Assembly (NCBI RefSeq): GCF_902652985.1
Contig: NC_047018.1
Coordinates: 26,536,001-26,600,000 of the forward strand
Length of the DNA: 64,000 nt
Reading direction: 5' to 3'
DNA from: Pecten maximus
Taxonomy: Eukaryota
Positions 26,301 through 38,300 of the stretch are shown in pieces. The translations under genes were made by a program, and so were the position numbers. A model generated the notes under the pieces. It did not search any database, was not told where the DNA came from, and saw only the letters and a program-made list of their open reading frames with translations. How positions within the stretch are numbered: position 1 is the stretch's first letter; each line of letters starts with the position of its first letter.

Positions 26301-29300
26301 TCCAAATCATACGCAATTGATGCACTGAATTTGTTATTTACATGCTACATGTGTGTCACCTTATAAGGAACTCATAAGACTTGATAAAGGTAAAATTGTG
26401 ACAGGGGCTTTAAGACAGTTCAAATTTCAGATGGTTATCAACAGCAGAAAATACATATGTATAGGCCTTTCTAAGTTGTACTTAGTGTTGTATTTAATAA
26501 GCAAATTGCTAAAACCGATATTCTATATAGCTCATGCTGATCGTCTTTATACATATATACATATAACTAATACATATTTAAAATGTTATTTTATGAGGTT
26601 GCTCAACTGTGAAGGTCCTTAAGAATATATTAGAAAGCCAGATAAATTCCTCCAGGGTCCATTATGTGTATTGTTGATGTTCCAGTAAACCTGACTATGT
26701 GTTATGTTGGACGATTTCCCGATTCAAATATTGATGTACAGTCGAATCTGTATTAAGCGACCACTCAAGGTATTTTAAATACACTGTAAATACAACCATA
26801 AATCATTATTTTACTATAGCCAGGAGTGTGCAGATGCCTTGAACAAAGCTATTGATGGCAGAGAGGAGGGTATCATGGTAAAGAACCCAGACTCGGTTTA
26901 TAGACCCAATACCAGAAAGGGGGGCTGGATCAAAATAAAGCCAGAGTATGTTGGGGGATTGATGGACGAGCTTGATGTCCTGGTGGTGGGTGGCTTCCTG
27001 GGTGTTGGCCACCGTGGGGGAATGATGTCACACTTCCTGTGTGCTGTGGCAGTGCCTATGGAGGACGGAGAGAAACCTGAAGTATTTCATTCCTTCTGTA
27101 AGGTAAAGTTGACCAATCACATTGTCCATGGAAATCCCTGTAACTAACACATAATTACATATGCATTTCTGTTAATTTTTAGATAAAAGTGTAAACATAT
27201 GTGTTTGAAATGAAGGATATTTACATCAATGATTTGTATGCAGCCATATTTAAACAAGGGAGATAACTGATGTGGGTATATTGTTTTCAGTCAAATCAAG
27301 TAAGACAAATTATCTGGGTTTAATGTTTTCTTTCCACTTATTGAAATCTTATCAGTAATTCAAAACACAAAAAACTTAAAGGAAAAAATTGACATGAAAA
27401 CATTTTATTGATTCAACTTCATAGGTTGGATCAGGATATTCTAAAAAGGTACTTGGAGAATTTAATGAGAAGTTGAAGGATCATTGGAAGGTCTTTGACA
27501 AGAGAAACCCTCCAACCTCTGTCATACTGGCCTCTGGCTTCAAGGAGAAACCAGACGCTTGGATAGAGCCACGTGACTCCTGTATTGTCCAGGTACATCA
27601 CGGATAGTCTTTATAATACCACTCTGACAACATACGGTGGATATAAAATTTGCCTTTCTGTTTGATCAGCCTAAAACATGTCTGGAGCTTACACTCATAT
27701 TTTATATATTGTTATTAATTCTGGCACTTGTGATACTGTATATCTAAAGAAAGAATAATGTTTAAGTTTTCAAACTTTTTAGGAACTGCAGGAAAATCAA
27801 TAATATTTCCATAAAAAGACATTTGGGGATTATTCTATTGCTGTTTGCTGTTGATTTGAGCTTATCTATTGAAATGTTAAGAAATCCTTACAAAAAATTT
27901 GATGGATTTTATGTTCCTGTCATAGATAAAAGCAGCAGAAATCATTGACAGCGACCGGTTTAAGACAGGTTGTACCCTGAGGTTTCCCCGTGTCGAGTGT
28001 TTCCGTGAGGACAAGGCTTGGCATGAATGCATGACTGTGGCAGATATTTTGGAACTGAAGGAGGTTTGTGACATGCAATGGGCATCCATAGAAACATAAA
28101 TATTCCTCCATGGAAACATAAATAGCCCTCCATAGAAACATAAATATTCCTTCATAGAAACATAAATATTCCTCCATAGAAACATAAATAGTCCTCCATA
28201 GAAACATAAATAATCCTCCATAGAAACATAAATATTCCTTCATAGAAACATAAATAGTCCTCCATAGAAACATAAATAGTCCTCCATAGAAACATTAATA
28301 GTCCTCCATAGAAACATAAATAGTCCTCCATAGAAACATAAATAGTCCTCCATAGAAACATAAGTAGTCCTCCATAGAAACATAAATAGTCCTCCATAGA
28401 AACATAAATAGTCCTCCATAGAAACATAAGTAGTCCTCCATAGAAACATAAATAGTCCTCCATAGAAACATTAATAGTCCTCCATAGAAACATAAATATT
28501 CCTTCATAGAAACATAAATAGCCCTCCATAGACACATAAATAGTCCTCCATAGAAACATAAACAGCCCTCAATGGAAACATAAATAGTCCTCCATAGAAA
28601 CATAAATAGTCCTCCATAGAAACATTAATAGTCTGTGCTTTCCTTAATCAAAACAGTTTCTTCGTTACATTTTACTAGAAAGTCCATGAATATATCAACT
28701 ATATATATTTTTTCAAATCTCCTTGAATCATTCTCTCAGTGTTTGGACAATTATTAATTAATAAATAATAAGGTATTTGAAAACGTGTCTGATGAAAACT
28801 TAATTTCCTGTTTATGATTAAGGAATTCCTTTATTTAGACTGGTTGTCTACTGTCTAGTAACATTTTGAAGGGATGTTATGATTTCTCTCAGTATTACAG
28901 AGTCTATAGAAAGATTGTATCTCCTTTATCACCTTTTTTACACTTGTGTAGAAGTCTGGAGGTAAATTGGCGGGTGGTAAGGTGGAACTTAATGATGGAG
29001 AGGAACCAGTGAAGAAAAAAAGGAAGATTGTTAGTCGAGCAGTACGTCCAACCCTCGGTGCTCAGTTCAAGGGAGCTGACATCGCGTCAATTACACAGGT
29101 AAATAACGAACAAATAATGTCACATGGTCGGGTAACATGTAATCTGTGAAGAGGTTCTAAAACGGATGGCGACAATCTTATCTGAATCAAATTTCGGATT
29201 CTTTATTTTTCAATTATCCTGTACAATTAGGGTTTCTTTGTGTTTTTGTCTATTAGTTGTCTATAAGTTAAGAAATATAGTTTATTGTACACAATGAGGT

Positions 29301-32300
29301 CACTTTTATACACAATGAGGTCACATTTGACAAAAATGAGGCCATGTCTTCTATTGCCGAATCCTTTTTGTAAATGTAAACATGTAATGATAAAATGTAA
29401 GTTTTAGTTAAATTTTATCAATAGCCATCCATCATCATATGGTGGGCTATTCACATTGCCCAGTGCCTATCATCCATCTGTCGTCCATTAACAGTCCTTG
29501 TTATCGCTATTTCTTGAAAAGTACTGGAAGGATATTCCTCAAACCTCATGTGTAGAATCCCCTTGGTCCTTAGTTGTGCCAATTAAATTTAAATTCTTCA
29601 TCAGAAAATAAAATGGCCGACAGGCGGCCATCTTGGATTTTGAGAATTAAAGATTGTTATCACAATTTCTAGAAAAGTACTGGAGGAATATTCCTCCTCC
29701 ATTCATGTGTAGGGTCCCCTTGGTCCCTAGCTGTGCCAATTAGATTTAGATTTTTGATCAGAAAAACAAAATTGCCGACAGGCAGTCATTTTGGATTTTG
29801 AAATTGAAGATTGTTATCACTATTCTTGGAAAGTACTTGAGGGATGTGTCTCAAACTTCCCATGTACCGGTAGGTTCCACGTGTTATGTTATCAGATTAT
29901 TAAGAGGAGAAAAGGAGAAGGGAAAAGTAGAGAGAAGATCGGTCTGACATAAAACCAATAAAGATCATTCAATGGTGGGTGCCAAGACCCCTCTGGGAAA
30001 TTGTTGATATCTATGTTAATTGTAACTTTCAGGTATCAAAGATGCTGGAAGGAAAGGAGTTTTGTGTAGTTAATGGTCCATCATCTTTTCCAAAGCATGC
30101 CATAGAGACTAAAATTGTAGAATTTGGTGGCAGGATAGTACAAAATCCAGGTACAATTTCATATTTATTTTTTTTAAGAAATTCAATACGTGTTTTTTTC
30201 TCCCATTCAATTGTTGATTCTTTATTTTAAGATTAGAATTTCAGAAAGTAAAATACGAGAAAACATTAAAGAGTTTTTGAGGCCTCTACAAGAAATGGAT
30301 TGCCTTCTGTACCAGATTTATAATGTTGTAGTGTTAATTGTTTGTTGATAGTTTATTTTGTTAATCTTGAATTTGACAGTTCAGGAAATTACATTTCGAT
30401 GCTAATTAACTTATTTTATTACTCTTGTAATGACCAGTCTTAATTCACGTTGACTGTTATTGTTTTAACGATTTGATAGTTCTCACTTTGACATTTTGAC
30501 TGTTATCATTTTGACATTTTGACTGAAATCATTTTGGCTGTTATCATTTCGACATTTTGACTGTTATCATTTTGACATTTTGACTGTTATCATTTTGACT
30601 GTTATCATTTTGGCTGTTATCATTTTGACATTTTGGCATTTTGACTTATCATTTTGACTGTTATCATTTCGACATTTTGACTGTTATCATTTTGACTGTT
30701 ATCATTTTGACTGTTATCATTTTGACATTTTGACTGAAATCATTTTGACTGTTATCATTTTGACATTTTGACTGAAATCATTTTGACTGTTATCATTTTG
30801 ACATTTTGACTGAAATCATTTTGGCTGTTATCATTTCGACATTTTGACTGTTATCATTTCGACATTTTGACTGTTATCATTTCGACATTTTGACTGTTAT
30901 TATTTCGACATTTTGACTGTTATCATTTCGACATTTTGACTGTTATCATTTCGACATTTTGACTGCTATCATTTCGACATTTTGACTGTTATCATTTCGA
31001 CATTTTGACTGTTATCATTTCGACATTTTGACTGTTATCATTTTGACTGTTATCATTTCGACATTTTGACTGTTATCATTTCGACATTTTGACTGTTATT
31101 ATTTCGACATTTTGACTGTTATTATTTCGACATTTTGACTGTTATCATTTTGACTGTTATCATTTTGACTGTTATCATTTTGACATTTTGACTGAAATCA
31201 TTTTGGCTGTTATCATTTTGACATTTTGACTGTTATCATTTTGACTGTTATCATTTTGACTGTTATCATTTTGACATTTTGACTGAAATCATTTTGACTG
31301 TTATCATTTTGACATTTTGACTGAAATCATTTTGACTGTTATCATTTTGACATTTTGACTGAAATCATTTTGGCTGTTATCATTTCGACATTTTGACTGT
31401 TATCATTTCGACATTTTGACTGCTATCATTTCGACATTTTGACTGTTATTATTTCGACATTTTGACTGTTATCATTTTGACTGTTATCATTTTGACTGTT
31501 ATCATTTTGACTGTTATCATTTTGACATTTTGACTGAAATCATTTTGGCTGTTATCATTTTGACATTTTGACTGTTATCATTTTGACTGTTATCATTTTG
31601 ACATTTTGACTGAAATCATTTTGACTGTTATCATTTTGGCATTTTGACTTATCATTTTGACTGTTATCATTTCGACATTTTGACTGTTATCATTTTGACT
31701 GTTATCATTTTGACTGTTATCATTTTGACATTTTGACTGAAATCATTTTGACTGTTATCATTTTGACATTTTGACTGAAATCATTTTGACTGTTATCATT
31801 TTGACATTTTGACTGAAATCATTTTGGCTGTTATCATTTCGACATTTTGACTGTTATCATTTCGACATTTTGACTGTTATCATTTCGACATTTTGACTGT
31901 TATTATTTCGACATTTTGACTGTTATCATTTCGACATTTTGACTGTTATCATTTCGACATTTTGACTGCTATCATTTCGACATTTTGACTGTTATCATTT
32001 CGACATTTTGACTGTTATCATTTCGACATTTTGACTGTTATCATTTTGACTGTTATCATTTCGACATTTTGACTGTTATCATTTCGACATTTTGACTGTT
32101 ATTATTTCGACATTTTGACTGTTATTATTTCGACATTTTGACTGTTATCATTTTGACTGTTATCATTTTGACTGTTATCATTTTGACATTTTGACTGAAA
32201 TCATTTTGGCTGTTATCATTTTGACATTTTGACTGTTATCATTTTGACTGTTATCATTTTGACTGTTATCATTTTGACATTTTGACTGAAATCATTTTGA

Positions 32301-35300
32301 CTGTTATCATTTTGACATTTTGACTGAAATCATTTTGACTGTTATCATTTTGACATTTTGACTGAAATCATTTTGGCTGTTATCATTTCGACATTTTGAC
32401 TGTTATCATTTCGACATTTTGACTGCTATCATTTCGACATTTTGACTGTTATTATTTCGACATTTTGACTGTTATCATTTTGACTGTTATCATTTTGACT
32501 GTTATCATTTTGACTGTTATCATTTTGACATTTTGACTGAAATCATTTTGGCTGTTATCATTTTGACATTTTGACTGTTATCATTTTGACTGTTATCATT
32601 TTGACATTTTGACTGAAATCATTTTGACTGTTATCATTTTGACATTTTGACTGAAATCATTTTGACTGTTATCATTTTGACATTTTGACTGAAATCATTT
32701 TGGCTGTTATCATTTCGACATTTTGACTGTTATCATTTCGACATTTTGACTGCTATCATTTCGACATTTTGACTGTTATTATTTTGACTGCTATCATTTC
32801 GACATTTTGACTGTTATCATTTCGACATTTTGACTGCTATCATTTCGACATTTTGACTGTTATTATTTCGACATTTTGACTGCTATCATTTTGACTGTTA
32901 TCATTTTGACTGTTATCATTTTGACATTTTGACTGAAATCATTTTGGCTGTTATCATTTCGACATTTTGACTGTTATTATTTTGACTGCTATCATTTCGA
33001 CATTTTGACTGCTATCATTTCGACATTTTGACTGTTATCATTTCGACATTTTGACTGCTATCATTTCGACATTTTGACTGTTATTATTTCGACATTTTGA
33101 CTGTTATCATTTTGACTGTTATCATTTTGACATTTTGACTGAAATCATTTTGGCTGTTATCATTTCGACATTTTGACTGTTATTATTTTGACTGCTATCA
33201 TTTCGACATTTTGACTGTTATCATTTCGACATTTTGACTGTTATCATTTCGACATTTTGACTGTTATCATTTTGACTGTTATCATTTTGACATTTTGACT
33301 GAAATCATTTTGGCTGTTATCATTTCGACATTTTGACTGTTATTATTTTGACATTTTGACTGTTATCATTTTGACTGTTATCATTTTGACATTTTGACTG
33401 AAATCATTTTGGCTGTTATCATTTTGACATTTTGACTGCTATCATTTCGACATTTTGACTGTTATCATTTCGACATTTTGACTGTTATCATTTCGACATT
33501 TTGACTGTTATTATTTTGACTGCTATCATTTCGACATTTTGACTGTTATTATTTTGACTGCTATCATTTCGACATTTTGACTGTTATCATTTCGACATTT
33601 TGACTGCTATCATTTCGACATTTTGACTGTTATCATTTCGACATTTTGACTGCTATCATTTTGACATTTTGACTGTTATTATTTCGACATTTTGACTGTT
33701 ATCATTTTGACTGCTATCATTTCGACATTTTGACTGTTATTATTTCGACATTTTGACTGCTATCATTTCGACATTTTGACTGTTATTATTTCGACATTTT
33801 GACTGTTATCATTTTGACTGCTATCATTTCGACATTTTGACTGTTATTATTTCGACATTTTGACTGTTATCATTTTGACTGCTATCATTTCGACATTTTG
33901 ACTGTTATTATTTCGACATTTTGACTGTTATTATTTCGACATTTTGACTGCTATCATTTCGACATTTTGACTGCTATCATTTCGACATTTTGACTGTTAT
34001 CATTTTGACATTTTGACTGTTATCATTTCGACATTTTGACTGCTATCATTTCGACATTTTGACTGCTATCATTTCGACATTTTGACTGTTATTATTTCGA
34101 CATTTTGACTGCTATCATTTTGACATTTTGACTGTTATCATTTCGACATTTTGACTGCTATCATTTCGACATTTTGACTGTTATTATTTCGACATTTTGA
34201 CTGCTATCATTTCGACATTTTGACTGCTATCATTTCGACATTTTGACTGCTATCATTTCGACATTTTGACTGTTATTATTTTGACTGTTATCATTTCGAC
34301 ATTTTGACTGTTATCATTTTGACTGTTATCATTTCGACATTTTGACTGTTATTATTTTGACTGTTATCATTTAAACAAAGTTGAATGATGTCTTACTTCA
34401 GGTCCAACCACCTTCTGTGTTCTGGCAGACAAGGTAGCTGTCCGTGTCACCAACCTCATCCGACGTGATATGTATGATGTTGTCAAGGTGAACTGGTTCC
34501 AGCGCTGTGTGCATGCCAGTCGATGGATACCATGGTAAATACAGGCCTGGTGATAGAACAGTATATATAGAACAGTATACAGTGGAACCTCTATAAACCG
34601 AACATGCATGGGACATGACTATTTGTTCGGTTTACAGAGGGTTCGGTTTGGAGAAGTTGATCGAAAATGACCGGTCAAATTCCGGATATAATTGGTCGGA
34701 CGATGTTTTATTAGAATGCACCCGATTACAAACCGGCACGTACACACGTAGACAATATTTGGTTTGTCTGAATAATATGCATATTATGAAAGTTAATCAA
34801 TGTATATATTGCAGAATATATAAGAAAGGCAAATGACTTTAACTATAGTTTTAAACAGTTTTTTCACATGTACAACTACACTTTACGATCGACCTACATT
34901 TTGTTACATCCGGTGAAGCTTCCGTCATGTGGATGGGGCCGATAGTCAAATACGGAATATTTTACATATCGACTAATATTAAAGGGTGTGAAGATGTTTT
35001 GTTTCAATATCAATTACAATTGATCAGTTGATACTGGTCGTATTTCCGACATCGCTGTTGTCTAAAAAAACTTCAGTGGCTTCTTTTACGAAAACAACCC
35101 CCTTTGGGCCTCATTTAAATTAAATGCGAAACTCAGGCTTCTAGCTCTACTTGCATTGAGAAGATAAACGAACTGACGCGCTTCAATGAAGTGTGACATT
35201 GTTTCATAATTATCGTGTTGATTATACACTAGGCCATCCGTCATAATGCCCCCTTGGGATATATATTGGATACCTGTACAAATCACCTACGTAGGTCCCG

Positions 35301-38300
35301 AGACAATAAAGCTTCACACAATACCCGTCACAGTTGTTGTTTCACGGTTGACTGGCCTGACCTCGTGTCATAATCGCTCAGGTAAGGCCGGTTTTCAGAA
35401 GTAATTTTTGGTATATTTTAACAGGAACCGGACGCAAAATCGGTCCGGTGTTCGGAATTCAGAGGGATCGGTATTTGGAAGTTTTTTAATACTATAATAA
35501 AGAAGGACCAATTCCGTACAATGTCAATTCGTTCGGTATTCAGAGGTGTTCGGTTTTTAGAAGGTTCGGTTTTCGGAAGTTGCACTGTATATAGAACAGT
35601 ATATATAGAACAGTATATACAGAACAGTATATATAGAACAGTATATATAGAACAGTAAACTGGACAAATAAGTGTTTTATAAATTATGTACCCTACTTTT
35701 ATGACGTCATCAAACTATGATGTCATAGGATGTACCGAATAAAATTCATAATCCCCTGAAGAGCGGCAGAATGTAGCCGCGAAAGTACTAGGGAGACAGC
35801 AGATCTGTGTTTGGCTTTTTATTTTATTAGAACAGTATATATAGATATATATATAGAACAGTATATATCATAAAACCATGTAGTGCTAATTGAAACTGCA
35901 GATCTGACACCAATTTTTGTGGTAGTTTAGATTTGAATAACTGTCTCTCTACACTTTTGTACTAGAAAACAAGGTAGCCATTTTACAGTATCGCCTGTAA
36001 ACCATGAATTGACTTGCATCAGCTAAAATGCTATAAATAAACAAAAAAACAAAACAAAAAAAACAACGGGTTATATGATAATTATGAAAAGAAAAAAAGT
36101 GTTCTGTTATATAGACAGTGGGGTGGGGATATATGCCATGCTCCATTCAGAGAGTAAAACATAGGTGTAATGTAATATAGACAGTGGGGTGGGGATATAT
36201 GCCATGCTCCATTCAGAGAGTAAAACATAGGTGTACTGTTATGTAGACAGTGGGGTGGGGATCTTTGTCATGCCCCATTCAGAGAGTAAAACAAAGGTGT
36301 ACTGTTATATAGACAGTGGGGTGGGGATATATGTCATGCTCCATTCAGAGTAAAACATAGGTGTAGTGTTATATAGACAGTGGGGTGGGGATCTTTGTCA
36401 TGCCCCATTCAGAGTTAAACAAAGGTGTTCTGTTATATAGACAGTGGGGTGGGGATCTTTGTCATGCTCCATTCAGAGTTAAACAAAGGTGTTCTGTTAT
36501 ATAGACAGTGGGGTGGGGATATATGTCATGCCCCATTCAGAGTAAAACATAGGTGTACTGTTATATAGACAGTGGGGTGGGGATCTTTGTCATGCTCCAT
36601 TCAGAGAGTAAAACAAAGGTGTACTGTTATATAGACAGTGGGGTGGGGATCTTTGTCATGCTCCATTCAGAGTAAAACAAAGGTGTAGTGTTATATAGAC
36701 AGTGGGGTGGGGATCTTTGTCATGCTCCATTCAGAGTAAAACAAAGGTGTAGTGTTATATAGACAGTGGGGTGGGGATCTTTGTCATGCTCCATTCAGAG
36801 TAAAACAAAAGTGTTCTGTTATAAAGACAGTGGGATGGGGATCTTTGTCATGCTCCATTCAAAGTAAAACAAAGGTGTAGTGTTATATAGACAGTGGGGT
36901 GGGGATCTTTGTCATGCTCCATTCAGAGTAAAACAAAAGTGTTCTGTTATATAGACAGTGGGGTGGGGATCTTTGTCATTCTCCATTCAGAGAGTAAAAC
37001 ATAGGTGTACTGTTATATAGACAGTGGGGTGGGGATCTTTGTCATGCTCCATTCAGAGTAAAACAAAGGTGTACTGTTATATAGACAGTGGGGTGGGGAT
37101 CTTTGTCATGCTCCATTCAGAGAGTAAAACATAGGTGTACTGTTACATAGACAGTGGGGTGGGGATATATGCCATGCTCCATTCAGAGAGTAAAACATAG
37201 GTGTACTGTTACATAGACAGTGGGGTGGGGATATATGCCATGCTCCATTCAGAGTAAAACAAAGGTGTTCTGTTACATAGACAGTGGGGTGGGGATCTTT
37301 GTCATGCTCCATTCAGAGAGTAAAACATAGGTGTACTGTTATATAGACAGTGGGGTGGGGATATATGCCATACCCCATTCAGAGTAAAACATAGGTGTTC
37401 TGTTACATAGACAGTCGGGTGGGGATATATGCCATGCTCCATTCAGAGTAAAACAAAGGTGTAGTGTTATATAGACAGTGGGGTGGGGATCTTTGTCATG
37501 CTCCATTCAGAGTAAAACAAAGGTGTACTGTTATATAGACAGTGGGGTGGGGATCTTTGTCATGCTCCATTCAAAAGTTTTAAGTTCAAGAATGTGCTGC
37601 TCCCTATTATCTAAATTTTTGTTCATACCATAAGCAGTTTGTACAGTTCTTAAATTGGTATTTTCCTCTTCTGGACTTTATACATTTCTATAACACAAAG
37701 TACATGCCCCACATCTCAGTGTCTTTATACTCAATGGTCATGTATTGTCTACCTCTCAGATTAAGTAATACTTATAGCTCTTTTATTGTAATCCCTATAA
37801 GGTCCCCAGCTGATATGATCCACATCTCGCCAAAGACCCAGCTGGATTTCCAGAAGCAATACGATGAGTTTGGGGACAGCTTCGTTGATCCTACCAGTCC
37901 AGAGCAACTAGAGACTGTGTTTGGTAGAATAACTAAGGTAATGTAGACTCCATCGGTCCAGAGCAACTACAGACTGTGTTTGGTAGAATAACTAAGGTAA
38001 TGTAGACACCATGGTCCAGAACAACTAGAGACCGTGTTTAGTAGAATAACTAAGGTAATATAGACACCACTAGTCCAGAACAACTACAGACCGTGTTTGG
38101 TAGAATAACTAAGGTAAACTAGACTCCATTGGTCCAGGACAACTAGAGACTGTGTTTGGTAGAATAACTAAGGTAATGTAGACTCCATGGTCCAGAACAA
38201 CTACAGACTGTGTTTGGTAGAATAACTAAGGTAATGTAGACTCCACTAGTCCAGAACAACTACAGACCGTGTTTGGTAGAATAACTAAGGTAATGTAGAC

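Noticed and set aside
26737-26770. TACAGTCGAATCTG..AAGCGACCAC, resembling a pogo-type TIR
   Set aside because: Only one end is visible, with no partner TIR.
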